Origin: a virus
Lineage: Duplodnaviria; Caudoviricetes
Virus record (IMG/VR): IMGVR_UViG_3300005805_003857
Span: 24,369-88,368 of that record
Strand: one strand, 5' to 3'
Length of the DNA: 64,000 nt
The notes beneath the pieces were generated by a model. That model did no database searches and had not been told where the DNA came from. It saw nothing but the letters and a program-made list of their open reading frames with translations. Below are positions 36,791-47,677 of this stretch, one piece after another. The position numbers were made by a program, and so were the translations under genes. The number at the start of each line of letters is the position of its first letter. Position 1 is the stretch's first letter.

Positions 36791-39162
36791 GTATTATCCA
36801 GATCAGTAAGATACAACAACGTTCTGGTAATCTAGTAGACCTACCACAACTTGACGAAGCGCAATTCGGCTGGGCATCAGATGCCAAACGACTGTTCATC
36901 GGTAAGACTACTCCCAATGAAAACATTGAAGTATTAACTTCTTATTCTAACATTAGTTTTAGCCAAATTGATGGATCGGACGGGGGCAATTTTAATATTG
37001 CAAATGCTACGAACGGTCAAGTGTTGACATATGTTGATACAACCAACACATGGGAAAACTGGCCTAGTACTACTATTCTCACTGCTAATGCTAACTTCAA
37101 ACTTGATTTAGGCGATGTTGGCAATATCAAAATGGATGGCGGGGCAACCGGCTACATTTTAGAAACCGATGGTGTAGGCAATGTAGCTTGGACTAGCAAA
37201 GGTACATTAAGAACTGTAATTACAGCCTTATCAAATGCTACCCCGGTAATTATGACAGTAGCAAATACCACTCCATATACTAATGGTTTGCCAGTTACTA
37301 TTAGCGGCGCTAATGCTGCCAATGCAAATACAATTGTCAATGGTCAAACTTTTTATGTAAAAGTTGCAGTTGATTTCCCTACATCAGGAAATGCCGAATT
37401 ATATACGACTCAGGATTTAGCAAATGCAAATGCTGTAGTAGGTACAAATTTAGGTACATATACTGCCAACTCAGGGATCGCTACTGCACTTATTAGCGGT
37501 AGTGGCATATCTAATGCAGGTGGTTCTGTAAATACAATTCAATTTAATAATTCTGGTGTATTAAATGGTTCTGCTAATTTTACAATAACAAGCGGTAACC
37601 TTGTTACATTAACAGGTAACTTTAGTGCAAGCAATATAGCAGGTGGAAATTTAGTAACTGCTAATTTTATAACGGGAAGATTAACAACAGCCGCACAACC
37701 TAACATTACAAGTACTGGTACTCTTGCGGGCTTAGTTGTTGCAGGTAATATTACTCCTAGTGCAAACATAACATATAATTTAGGTAATAACACAAATCGT
37801 TTTAATGATTTGTACCTGTCTAATAGTACAATATACATTGGTGCTCAAACAATTAGTGCTAACACCTCATCAGTTATTGTATCAGGAAATCTTGTTGCTA
37901 ATATGATAGGAAATGTTTCTGGAAATGCAACAACAGCAGGTACCGTAATAACTGCGGCACAGCCAAACATTACAAGTACAGGTACACTTGTATCACTATC
38001 TGTATCAGGGAATGCAAATATTGGCAACATTGGTACAGCTGGGTTAATTACAGCAACAGGTAATATCGGTGGCGGCAACATTAACACTGGTGGGTTGATT
38101 ACAGCAACAGGTAACATCACTGGTGCAAACATTATTACTGGTGGGTTGATTACAGCAACAGGTAACATCACTGGTGCAAACATTATTACTGGTGGTTTAA
38201 TTACAGCTACTGGTAATGCTAATGTAGGTAATTTAGGTACAGGTGGATTAATTACAGCAACAGGTAACATCACTGGTGCAAACATTATTACTGGTGGTTT
38301 AATTACAGCTACTGGAAACTTAAATGCAGGTAACATTATTACCGCTGGTGTAGTAAGTGCGACAGGCAATGGTACATTTGGTAATGTGTCTGTTACAGGT
38401 ATATTTGCATCAACATTGAGTGCAACAGCTAACGCAAACGTAGGTAACTTGGGTACAGCAGGATTAATTGTTGCAACAGGTAATATCACCGGTGGCAACT
38501 TAACAACTAGTGGCGTAGTATCTGCTACATTGTATGTGGGCTCAGGTGCAAACTTAACCAACATTGCCGGCGCTAATGTAAGTGGTGAAGTTACATTTGC
38601 AACAACTGCAAACGCAGTGGCAGGCGCTAATGTGTCAGGCACCGTAACACAAGCAACAACTGTGATGGGTGCTACTCAAAATAATATCACTACGTTAGGT
38701 GCGTTAACTACATTAAGCACTGGTGCAAATACAACATTAGGTAACATCACTGGCAATTGGCAATTGACAACAGGCTCACGCTTAAATGCAACATACGCTG
38801 ACTTAGCAGAATACTATGAAGCTGACGCTCAGTTTGAGCCCGGCACAGTATTAGAGTTTGGTGGTGATAAAGAAGTTACATTAGCACAAGACGGAACAGC
38901 AAGAGTTGCAGGCGTAGTTTCAACTGATCCAGCATATGCAATGAATACAAATTGTCCTGGTATTGCAGTAGCAATAGCACTGCAAGGTCGTGTGCCAACT
39001 AAGGTACGTGGTACAGTGCGTAAGGGAGACATGATGGTTAGTGCAGGCAACGGCTATGCAAGACCGTGGAACAACCCACAAATGGGAACAGTTATCGGCA
39101 AAGCACTAGAAAACTTTGACGGAATCGAAGGCGTAATTGAAGTCGCCGTTGGAAGATTATAA
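36787..39162 (+). CDS. tail fibre/spike with Mtd_N-like N-terminus, GN-rich repeats and a C-terminal autocleaving-chaperone-like domain
   Basis: QISKIQQRSG..DLPQLDEAQFGWASDAKRLFIG; [17 protein letters not shown] repeats; YADLAEYYEAD..PGTVL...GRVPTKV..GKALE. Confidence 0.8.
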   Translation: MSIIQISKIQQRSGNLVDLPQLDEAQFGWASDAKRLFIGKTTPNENIEVLTSYSNISFSQIDGSDGGNFNIANATNGQVLTYVDTTNTWENWPSTTILTANANFKLDLGDVGNIKMDGGATGYILETDGVGNVAWTSKGTLRTVITALSNATPVIMTVANTTPYTNGLPVTISGANAANANTIVNGQTFYVKVAVDFPTSGNAELYTTQDLANANAVVGTNLGTYTANSGIATALISGSGISNAGGSVNTIQFNNSGVLNGSANFTITSGNLVTLTGNFSASNIAGGNLVTANFITGRLTTAAQPNITSTGTLAGLVVAGNITPSANITYNLGNNTNRFNDLYLSNSTIYIGAQTISANTSSVIVSGNLVANMIGNVSGNATTAGTVITAAQPNITSTGTLVSLSVSGNANIGNIGTAGLITATGNIGGGNINTGGLITATGNITGANIITGGLITATGNITGANIITGGLITATGNANVGNLGTGGLITATGNITGANIITGGLITATGNLNAGNIITAGVVSATGNGTFGNVSVTGIFASTLSATANANVGNLGTAGLIVATGNITGGNLTTSGVVSATLYVGSGANLTNIAGANVSGEVTFATTANAVAGANVSGTVTQATTVMGATQNNITTLGALTTLSTGANTTLGNITGNWQLTTGSRLNATYADLAEYYEADAQFEPGTVLEFGGDKEVTLAQDGTARVAGVVSTDPAYAMNTNCPGIAVAIALQGRVPTKVRGTVRKGDMMVSAGNGYARPWNNPQMGTVIGKALENFDGIEGVIEVAVGRL
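38047..38352 (+). repeat. six tandem 51-bp (17-aa) coding repeats
   Basis: Units start at 38047, 38098, 38149, 38200, 38251 and 38302. Confidence 0.9.
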
Positions 39163-39175
39163 TTAGGAAAACAAA

Positions 39176-39700
39176 ATGGCATCATACGTATATACAGGTA
39201 ATGCAGTATCACAGCAATCAGCTAATATTGCTACGGACAAGATTAGAATAGCAACTACTGGTGTAGCTATACACGCTGTAACAGGTTATCCTAGAGTAGC
39301 GGGTACCGGTACAGCAACGGCAGCGACTAACAGTGCAACAGTTACTGGAGTTGGAACAGTGTTTAATACTCAACTTGAAGTGGGTGGTTGGATAGGCAAT
39401 ACAACTGGAACAACAGTTGGAATCATATCAAGTATTGCTAACGCTACTAGTTTAACGCTTACTGCTAATGCAGGTGTAGCACTATCAAATGTTGCATACA
39501 CTTATAATAATGCAGGTGTTCCTTATGCAATTGCTACACAAAACTCAGAGATTTATTCTGCACAAGATGTTTTTAATAGCGTATACTGTGGTCAAGGCAA
39601 TGTGGTAGCATTCATTACTACTGGATCAAATGCAAGTGCAGGTACAGAGTTTAGTATCAGTGAACTTGGCATGCCTCACGCTGTTACAGGCACTGAATAA
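39176..39700 (+). CDS. virion structural protein (beta-rich)
   Basis: T/A/G/N-rich; within fibre cluster. Confidence 0.6.
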   Translation: MASYVYTGNAVSQQSANIATDKIRIATTGVAIHAVTGYPRVAGTGTATAATNSATVTGVGTVFNTQLEVGGWIGNTTGTTVGIISSIANATSLTLTANAGVALSNVAYTYNNAGVPYAIATQNSEIYSAQDVFNSVYCGQGNVVAFITTGSNASAGTEFSISELGMPHAVTGTE

Positions 39701-39806
39701 TTATTCTTTTAAATGATAAATATATTTACATAGCACAATACGGTGCTTCGTAATGATAACTCATTAACGGCGGTTAGAACCCGCAACCCATATTAGGAGA
39801 AATCAA

Positions 39807-41177
39807 ATGGGACGTCCTCTAAAAATCGCAAAGGCTCAAGCAGTCTTAACAATCACAGATACAACAGCGGCAACAGGTGCTGTTACCGTGACTGAAAGTC
39901 TAACAACAACTGGCGTTATCGCAGGTATGCCGTTCGTAGTAGCTAGTACAGTTGGTGGTATATCAGCCGCAACAACATACTATATTTTAACAGTTATTGA
40001 CGCAAATAACTTTACAGTTTCCGCTACTGACTTAAGTGCAAATACAACACGTACAGCAGTTACATTGACTGATACGACTGGTCAATCAGTATTGGCTTCG
40101 GTTGGTGTAGTTGATGCATACTTCAACAACCCACTAGGTGGCGCAGGTTTCCCTGCAACTAACGCTAACACATATGGTGTAGTTGGTGGTAACACATCAA
40201 TTGTTGGTTCACAGGTTCTACCACGTGTTGCTATTGGTATTTCTGGTACAGGTAATATTTACTCAAGTGATGCTAGCGCATTAGTATACGGTGCTGGTAC
40301 AGACTTTGCTAATACACTTTCTACTGGTTCTGCAATTCAAGCAGTTGATGCATATGGTACAACTACTAACTTAGGATTTGCTACAGCTACATTTGGTTAT
40401 GTATCAGTTGCAGTTGCCAATACAGTTGTTTCTGGCAACGTTATTGGTACAACAGGTAACGCATTGACATTGGCAGTTAATCAACCAGTGTCATTCAGTG
40501 CTAACTTAGGTACGTTAGTTACAGGCACAACATACTTTGTTAATTCAACTCCTAACGCAGCCGCATTCACTGTTTCTGCTTCATTAGGTGGTGCACCAAA
40601 AGTTATGACTGCCGCAACAGGTACACCTGATGCATTGCAAGATAGCATTACATTGGGAGCAAACGCATTAGCTACAATTGGTGGTTTAGGTCAGAATTAT
40701 GTTTATGCTAATGATGAAGCTGGTTTCATTGTACGTCAAAAAGGTAAAACAAAGTATTTGGTAACAGGTGGTACAACTGGTTTAACAGCACAATGTTTTA
40801 CTGCAAATGTAGCTAATACAGCACTGACACCAAATACAATGAACATCTTGTCTACTGATGCAGCCTCTGCTACAGCATATGTTTCAAGTGTTAATGATTA
40901 CAACAGTGAAATCTTCCCAACGCAAGTTGATGCCGCTTCATTAAGTGTAGGCACATTGTATACAATTTACTCTACTGGTACAACAGATTGGACGGCATGT
41001 GGTTCAGCATCTAATATGACAGGTGTTACATTCCTTGCTACAGCCGCAGGTACTGGTACAGGTACTGCTGTTGTTAATAGTGTTAACCCTGATGTTATTG
41101 CTACATTCAACACAGCATACGCCGCTAATACATATGACGGTCAACCTAACCCAATCGTGGTTATTGCTAGTGCTTAA
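39807..41177 (+). CDS. virion structural protein (MGRPLKIAK...)
   Basis: Late promoter at 39716, strong RBS, two internal repeats ending TTYY/F...FTVSA. Confidence 0.65.
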   Translation: MGRPLKIAKAQAVLTITDTTAATGAVTVTESLTTTGVIAGMPFVVASTVGGISAATTYYILTVIDANNFTVSATDLSANTTRTAVTLTDTTGQSVLASVGVVDAYFNNPLGGAGFPATNANTYGVVGGNTSIVGSQVLPRVAIGISGTGNIYSSDASALVYGAGTDFANTLSTGSAIQAVDAYGTTTNLGFATATFGYVSVAVANTVVSGNVIGTTGNALTLAVNQPVSFSANLGTLVTGTTYFVNSTPNAAAFTVSASLGGAPKVMTAATGTPDALQDSITLGANALATIGGLGQNYVYANDEAGFIVRQKGKTKYLVTGGTTGLTAQCFTANVANTALTPNTMNILSTDAASATAYVSSVNDYNSEIFPTQVDAASLSVGTLYTIYSTGTTDWTACGSASNMTGVTFLATAAGTGTGTAVVNSVNPDVIATFNTAYAANTYDGQPNPIVVIASA

Positions 41178-41179
41178 TC

Positions 41180-41497
41180 ATGACAACAGGTAGAACTATT
41201 CAAATGCCTGCTCAGACTACTAAAACTGAAATCGCTGTACTTCAAGTTCAATTTAAAAACATTGAACAAGATGTCAGCGAAATCAAGACTAGTCTTAAGG
41301 ATATGCATGAATGCCTTGATCGTAACGCACATGAAACAAGAGATATGTTGAAAGAAATGCGTGAGGAAGATACTAAGGCTCATAAAGAACTAGGGTCAAA
41401 AATTTCTGCTTTAGAGAAGTGGAGATGGATGATGATGGGAGCCGGTATAGTTTTAGGATCACTGGGATTCGATATGATAGCAAAGCTATTAAAATGA
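41180..41497 (+). CDS. coiled-coil protein with C-terminal TM (holin/XhlA-like)
   Basis: Heptad N-terminus, WRWMMMGAGIVLGSLG. Confidence 0.55.
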   Translation: MTTGRTIQMPAQTTKTEIAVLQVQFKNIEQDVSEIKTSLKDMHECLDRNAHETRDMLKEMREEDTKAHKELGSKISALEKWRWMMMGAGIVLGSLGFDMIAKLLK

Positions 41498-41523
41498 AAA
41501 AAGCGACTTAGGTCGCTTTTTTT
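41497..41523. terminator. bidirectional terminator between convergent genes
   Basis: A-run, gcgac-ttag-gtcgc, T-run. Confidence 0.8.
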
Positions 41524-41924
41524 GTGAGTATATTTAATTTCTCTTGTACAACATCAAAGTTCACAGTGTTAAATAAACCTGGATGCAATGGTTTGGGATA
41601 TTGATTATCACCTACCCATGCATACCCACAATGTTCTTCATTCAATACAGGAGTGAACTCTTTATCAACTTCACAAAAGAATGTATGATATGTGAATGTG
41701 TGATTTACAAATTTCTGTATAGGAACTAGTTTAGCTTTTTTTGGGAAATACCCAATTTCTTCCATACACTCACGTTCAACACCTTCCATAAGTGTTTCAT
41801 CATTTTCTACTTTGCCACCAGGAATACCCCAGTTACCTGGATTCTTGTTGTCTGTTCTCAATAGATAAAGATAGCGTTGTGTTCTTTTGCTATAGAAGAA
41901 AACGCCTGCACTAGTGTTGCTCAT
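41508..41924 (-). CDS. Nudix hydrolase
   Basis: Nudix box GGKVENDETLMEGVERECMEEIG. Confidence 0.92.
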   Translation of the reverse strand: MSNTSAGVFFYSKRTQRYLYLLRTDNKNPGNWGIPGGKVENDETLMEGVERECMEEIGYFPKKAKLVPIQKFVNHTFTYHTFFCEVDKEFTPVLNEEHCGYAWVGDNQYPKPLHPGLFNTVNFDVVQEKLNILTKKAT

Positions 41925-41943
41925 ACTATGATTTATCACAGCA

Positions 41944-43317
41944 TTAGATGACGATAGAATAATCCCCTTGACCATAAAAGCCTTCATAACTCTTCATCCA
42001 AACACCATCGGGTGTGTAACGATACTGGATGCTTGTAGTTAAGTTAGTTACATACTCAACTGTAGTAGATACTTGACTGTCAAAACTGACATACCATGAA
42101 GCAGAGCTAGCATCATATTCTACAATGTCATTTGCATTTGCAATTAAGTCTCCCCACGCAATAGTTGGGCTACCTGCACTACCTACTGATTCTACTAATA
42201 GATATCTTACACCATTGACAGGTCCGGGTAATCCTGCATTAGGTCCTGATACCAATGGATTCACGACACTATTAACAGGACTTAGTGTATTCTGTGGCAA
42301 TGTGTCTGTGTCAATATCGTAAATCAACAATCTATCATCAGTTGGATCTGGTACAATCGTACCCACAATGTCAGTATTCATGTAGGGATTCTGTAACCAT
42401 ATCTGCGATATACCCGGTCTGATAGTACCATATACGTTTAATAAACTTGTCCAATACAGACTTGTATCAGGTGGTTCAGGGTAATTCAAATCAATATTGC
42501 TCACAAAGTTATTATTGTCTGCCGGCAATAATTGAAGTCTATTACCCATTAGTAAGACTTTATATCCATATGGTGTAATCTTCTGACGAGTTCCTAATAA
42601 TAAATCATCGTTTTGGATATCTTGTAAGGCTGTACCTTTGAAAATACTTGCAATAACTTTTTCGATAACACCCATCTTTTTAAGTTTTGCGGCATTACTT
42701 AACCAGATAGGCATGTAAAATTTCCAACTCATTACATCGATGGGGTTTGCAGTACCTTGAGGTATTGTTCTGCTACTAAATGTTAAACCATCTTGATATA
42801 CAACACTTAAGCTAGTCCAATCAATGAAGTTATCAGTAGATTGAATTTCCATTGATGGGTTAAACAAGGTGCCTAACTGTTCAATCAATTCTAATTTTTG
42901 TTGATAGTTCGTAGTCCAGAAGTCTACTGTAATTCGTAATGTGTATGGTACAGGCATTAGTCTTTCAACTGTAAATGCTTGCCCTTGAACACTTTCATAT
43001 TGCCCTGTTTCAGTGTTGAATGTTCTTTGACGTACATTAATTTTATCTACATATGTAGGATCTTGTGTACGTCTTTGGTCATATTCTAATCCACTGATAT
43101 AGTATGTAATTAGAGGTGCACTTGGTAAGTTACTTGCACTGTTGTTAGCAATGATTGTACTTGCTTGTCTACTACTGTCACCGTACATGATAGGTACACG
43201 CACAAGAATCTCATTTCCTGCAGGGTCTTTACCTCTAGTTACTTCCCAGTAACTAAAGATTTTTGCAAACTGAATTAAAAATCTGCGTATCTGATTGTCG
43301 TAAAAAAATTGTGCCAT
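41944..43317 (-). CDS. gp15: tail terminator/sheath stabiliser (T4 gp15-like) with C-terminal extension
   Basis: FYDNQIRRFLIQF, VPIMYG, PVPYTLRI...ELIEQ...F.P. Confidence 0.8.
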   Translation of the reverse strand: MAQFFYDNQIRRFLIQFAKIFSYWEVTRGKDPAGNEILVRVPIMYGDSSRQASTIIANNSASNLPSAPLITYYISGLEYDQRRTQDPTYVDKINVRQRTFNTETGQYESVQGQAFTVERLMPVPYTLRITVDFWTTNYQQKLELIEQLGTLFNPSMEIQSTDNFIDWTSLSVVYQDGLTFSSRTIPQGTANPIDVMSWKFYMPIWLSNAAKLKKMGVIEKVIASIFKGTALQDIQNDDLLLGTRQKITPYGYKVLLMGNRLQLLPADNNNFVSNIDLNYPEPPDTSLYWTSLLNVYGTIRPGISQIWLQNPYMNTDIVGTIVPDPTDDRLLIYDIDTDTLPQNTLSPVNSVVNPLVSGPNAGLPGPVNGVRYLLVESVGSAGSPTIAWGDLIANANDIVEYDASSASWYVSFDSQVSTTVEYVTNLTTSIQYRYTPDGVWMKSYEGFYGQGDYSIVI

Positions 43318-43320
43318 GTG

Positions 43321-45075
43321 TTATGCTACCGGTGGTAAGGGATCAGGGGCAATACTCAATATAGTTGATAGTGCTTGTTTCTGCGGAACTACTGCTCCCG
43401 ACGTTGTTACTGTAACGTTGCTGTTATTTATGAAGCTTGCTGTTTGTGTCTTATCGTCATCAATCAATCCAGTATCTGTACGTACATTCTCACTAATTCT
43501 AACCCATAACTGACCATCCCAACGATATAGTAGTTGCGGCAAGTAATCAATACGTAAGAAGTAATCTCCAACTTGTGGATTCTGTGGGAAACTAATGCCT
43601 GCACCTGTTGGAAATCCATTTGGTGCTTGCCCATCGCCTGACAAGTAGCTTGTTGTATAACCAAAGCTTCTTGGACTGCTACGTGCGATGAATTGGAATC
43701 TAGGATCACAGTCTGCTCTAAAGTCCATTACCGGTGTTATTTCGTCAGTAAATCCTGGTGCCACAGGATTTTGGTCAGCAGTTGAGTATGTATTGTCAGC
43801 AGTACCATATGGTCCTGTAATAGTCATCATACTATCAATAGTCAATACCATTTCTGCTTGTACTGAACCAGAGCCACCGTCTGTCATTGGCGCCGCAAAA
43901 CTCATTACAGACAATAACATTGTCTGATTAGTAGGTACAGGAGTAGGAGTATTAATAACGTTGCCCGGTACAGGAGCAGATGGAATTCCAGGGAACGCTA
44001 CATCTAAAATGTTATCTTTAATGAATGCAATTGTTGCAGCCGGTATGCGTAGATAAGGACTGTCGTTAACATACGCTGTACTAGTAAAAATTTCTACTAC
44101 TGGATTAGGTGCTCCAGTACTTGCCGCACTTGTAACCACGTTAACAGGTGGAGCCGGTTGATTGTTTTTACCAGATAGAACACCATTAGAACTGTATTCA
44201 CCATATGTCGGGACAATATATAAGTTGCTATTTTCATATCCTGATTTAGGTAGTAAACGTTTTGCTTCTTCAAGATTAGCATTATTAATCGCAATATTCC
44301 TATTATAAGTACCAAGAATATCTTTAAGATTTTGTTCTTCAGTTAATCTCCAATATGTTGTATTAGGTGGATTAGTACCTGCAGGAACATCGGCAATAGA
44401 AATATAATTCTTATCACCATAACTAATAATATATCCTTCTGGATATGGTTTAGTTATATCCCATACTCCGAGATAATTATCTTGATTAATAGGCTCTTGT
44501 AATATCTGACTAAATTCTTCACTATCAACTAATGGTTCACATTTAATGCGCCACATGTGCGGGAACCAAGTTTGGCTGAAACCTTCACTCGCATAATTGG
44601 CGTCAGTGATTTGCATAAATCGTTTCAATGCAACTGGGATAGTTTCTTTCAATGGATTATAATCTAGTAAGTGAGGTAATTCTAATACATCACCTACCAT
44701 TAGTTTCCGACCAACAATATCAATCATATCGTTATAATGAACGGTAATGAATAGTATATCATTGTTTAAGAATAAACCAAACTGACTTAAATCAAAGTCT
44801 AAATTCTGTACATTATAGTGACCGCGCAAACGATAAATGTTTGGGTCATATGTTCTATCTCTATTCTCTAGAAATAATAAATCCTGAATATTAACAGGAC
44901 TCATTGTTTCATATTGAGGTTGAGTATAATCAATACTAGGACCTTGATCTGTGGGACCTAAATACTTGTGAATGTATAAATCCGTGCCGCCAACACGCAA
45001 TTCTTCCGATATAGTTCTATCAAAGAAACGATAATCCGATGATTTCTCTGGTCTATAGAGGCTTAGTTTTGGCAT
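43321..45075 (-). CDS. neck/head-closure protein (gp14-like N-terminus, extended)
   Basis: GTDLYIHKYLG, FGLFLNND...H, GDVLELP; directly upstream of the gp15-like gene. Confidence 0.6.
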   Translation of the reverse strand: MPKLSLYRPEKSSDYRFFDRTISEELRVGGTDLYIHKYLGPTDQGPSIDYTQPQYETMSPVNIQDLLFLENRDRTYDPNIYRLRGHYNVQNLDFDLSQFGLFLNNDILFITVHYNDMIDIVGRKLMVGDVLELPHLLDYNPLKETIPVALKRFMQITDANYASEGFSQTWFPHMWRIKCEPLVDSEEFSQILQEPINQDNYLGVWDITKPYPEGYIISYGDKNYISIADVPAGTNPPNTTYWRLTEEQNLKDILGTYNRNIAINNANLEEAKRLLPKSGYENSNLYIVPTYGEYSSNGVLSGKNNQPAPPVNVVTSAASTGAPNPVVEIFTSTAYVNDSPYLRIPAATIAFIKDNILDVAFPGIPSAPVPGNVINTPTPVPTNQTMLLSVMSFAAPMTDGGSGSVQAEMVLTIDSMMTITGPYGTADNTYSTADQNPVAPGFTDEITPVMDFRADCDPRFQFIARSSPRSFGYTTSYLSGDGQAPNGFPTGAGISFPQNPQVGDYFLRIDYLPQLLYRWDGQLWVRISENVRTDTGLIDDDKTQTASFINNSNVTVTTSGAVVPQKQALSTILSIAPDPLPPVA

Positions 45076-45728
45076 AATTTTTCCTCTAGTAGTTTCCATC
45101 CACGAGCGTGTTTAGTTTTGCCTTTTACTAGGCGTCTGACGCTCCACTCAGGAATATTATAAGTCATATAGAAGTCATATCTAGTCATATTGATTTTTTC
45201 ACCATTGCTCATATTTTCCCAAGTATATATTGTGCGGTCAAATGTGACGTTATTCTTTCCAGTCATTTTGGAACTTTGTTGTCTTCTATAAGCATCACTT
45301 CTCAGTGGATGATTGACTCCCAAAGATAATTGATATTCTTTTCTTTCTTGTCTGTGTTTCTCTGATTTTGATGGGTTATTTTCTCCCCTCCATTTATCTC
45401 TATGTTCCTTGCGTTTGGCTGGGTGTTTGTCTCCTAGTGATAACTGATAATGCCTCGCCAATTCGGCGACTGTGCCAACACCGGAATTCATTCGAATAGC
45501 CATAAAATAACAAGCGCCCCAGTCTTTTTGTGAGTAATGTATAGAGTAATGATCTTTGATTGATACTGCCACTAGATTGGATGGATTATTATTTATATCA
45601 TCACCGTCGATGTGGTGGATATCAAATCGTCTACCATCCTCATCAAACGGGATGGGACCAAAGTTATCTTCGTAAATTTTTCTATAATTTACTTTGGTTC
45701 TCTGTTTTTTTATTTTGTGATATGACAT
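45063..45728 (-). mobile_element. free-standing HNH homing endonuclease
   Basis: FDIHHIDGDDINNNPSNL...DHYSIH; minus-strand late promoter at 45736-45742. Confidence 0.85.
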
Positions 45729-45770
45729 AGTATAGTATTTATCGCAATGCCCTATGCTTGAATCCTACGG

Positions 45771-45799
45771 TTGACAATAAATATGGGTTATGCTATAAT
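45771..45799 (+). promoter_or_regulatory. sigma70-type promoter, TTGACAATAAAT class
   Basis: TTGACA-17bp-TATAAT. Confidence 0.85.
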
Positions 45800-45826
45800 A
45801 GCTAAATCAATACAAAGGAGTGCCTA

Positions 45827-46993
45827 ATGGCAACACGTAAACGCAATTCAGAAGACCACAGTCAAGTTAAAGCATTGAACCCGAGAAACCCTGACACGCA
45901 ATATATGGGTAGTGAGCCTTTGTTCGTATTACAACCCGATCCTAGTATGCGTTTTACGGCACTTTCTAACGCATTCACTTGGTACAACTGTTTCTATGGC
46001 AAAAAAGATGCTAAAGAACTCATGTGCCAATACTTAGAACTGTCCGATCGTACATTCGAAGCAAAGAATATGCGTAAGGTCGCAGACAATGAATTCATTA
46101 ATACATATGGCTGGCTCGCACGTATGAAGTTACGAGGTCTTGAACTTAATGAAAGTGAAAACACTAAGTTTGAGAATGAAGTCTCCCGACTACTGAAAGC
46201 ACTTCATAAACCCGAAGTTGTAGAAACTTCTAGTGAGGTAGTTGAAGTTTCTACCCGTCCTAACATTCAAGATATTTTGCGTGAAAAGGCAAAAGATGCC
46301 GCCGGTGAATTGGAAGCGGTATTCGATGAATTTGTTACTGAGGGAAAAACAAAGTCAAAGACAATGGATCTTGTTTCTAAATTCAATGTTATGCCACAGC
46401 ACATCGGTTTAATTGCTGACATTTGGAAACGCAAGCAAACAGAATTTGCCGATCTACAAGAAGGCAAAGACAAACAATTAGTTGAGGGCTATAGTCACCT
46501 CACAAAGATTCAGATTCGAAATATTGTCAAATTTATTGAACAAGTGTTGACTGATTTGAATGCATACATTTCAGTTAAGAAAGCAAGCAAGGCTCCTCGT
46601 CAACGTAAGGCTGTGCCCGTTGAAAAGATTGTGGCACGTTTGAAATATCTCAAAACATTTAAAGATGTTACCGCAAAACTTGACTTGGTGTCTATCAGTC
46701 CTGTAAAACTTCATGGTGCAAGTGAAGCATGGATTTATGATAGCGCAAAGCGCAAACTACATCATTACATTGCTGATGATTATTCAAAAACATTTACTGT
46801 AAAAGGTAATACACTATTGGGCTTTGATACTACAAAGTCTGAAGTAAAAACTCTGCGTAAGCCGGGTGAACAAATTAAAGAAGTTATGGGAAGCAAGCCT
46901 GCGGCTCGTAAGTACTTTAACGATATTAAAGCAGTTGCAACAACACCTAATGGCCGGTTCAATGAATCAATGATTATCCTGCGATGCTTTTAA
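45827..46993 (+). CDS. early hypothetical protein (388 aa)
   Basis: AAGGAG RBS, own sigma70 promoter, basic C-terminal domain. Confidence 0.75.
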   Translation: MATRKRNSEDHSQVKALNPRNPDTQYMGSEPLFVLQPDPSMRFTALSNAFTWYNCFYGKKDAKELMCQYLELSDRTFEAKNMRKVADNEFINTYGWLARMKLRGLELNESENTKFENEVSRLLKALHKPEVVETSSEVVEVSTRPNIQDILREKAKDAAGELEAVFDEFVTEGKTKSKTMDLVSKFNVMPQHIGLIADIWKRKQTEFADLQEGKDKQLVEGYSHLTKIQIRNIVKFIEQVLTDLNAYISVKKASKAPRQRKAVPVEKIVARLKYLKTFKDVTAKLDLVSISPVKLHGASEAWIYDSAKRKLHHYIADDYSKTFTVKGNTLLGFDTTKSEVKTLRKPGEQIKEVMGSKPAARKYFNDIKAVATTPNGRFNESMIILRCF

Positions 46994-47677
46994 TTTGAGA
47001 GGCCCTCTGGGTCCTCTCATCTTAGCTAAAGATTCTTCACTGTGTTTGAACTTACCCTTCATCGGTGACGGGCCTCGCTTAGGACTGATTCGTTTCTCTT
47101 TGAGAGGACCCCTTGGTCCTCTCATTTTAGCTTTGTGTTCTTCTGATAAGGTTTTACCTAGTTTAGATTCACTAATTTTTTTACACCATTCATCATCAAA
47201 TACTCTTCCGGTTAATTTTTCGCTGAGTAGCTTTTTACTTTCTTCACTATGCTTTCTACCCTTGTTCAGTTGTTTACCAAAGTGTCCATTTTTAGAACCA
47301 GCGCAACCGGGGTGCCCGACCGGGGCACCATCAATTCCATTTTCTTCAATTAAGTTAGCCCAATGAACCGAGTTTACAATGTTATTGTCTCTTGAAAATT
47401 TTAAGGTAAATAGAGTACATTCATCTAGTGTTTGAAATTCCCAAACTTTTAGAGTTCTGACATGCTCAGTGCCGTGTTGTTTGATATGTCGTTGCCAATG
47501 TTTCCCAGACCCATGGTATCTGCGAACATTGCGAGTTGTTTTACCAAAATATTTCAATTTGGTTTTCGTGTGAATCTTGATATACAAGTAAATAGTTATG
47601 CTGGTGCTCCTTTTCAAAATGATAGCATTAGAGTCCCTGGGTTTGTGGAGAACCTCGAGGGACATTTTTGTTGACAC
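46967..47677 (-). mobile_element. free-standing GIY-YIG-type homing endonuclease with NUMOD3 repeats (probable true start ATA at 47599)
   Basis: IYLYIKIH...KYFGKT...YHGSG..W, WANLIEENG, KHSEES and KMRGPRGPLK repeats. Confidence 0.8.

Noticed and set aside
38047-38352. Regular direct repeats suggesting CRISPR or a DGR template
   Set aside because: In-frame coding repeats without unique spacers; no cas or reverse transcriptase gene; differences are not adenine-specific
37845-38642. 265-aa repetitive minus-strand ORF (also 63673..63876)
   Set aside because: Mirror of the fibre repeats, whose codons lack stops on the opposite strand
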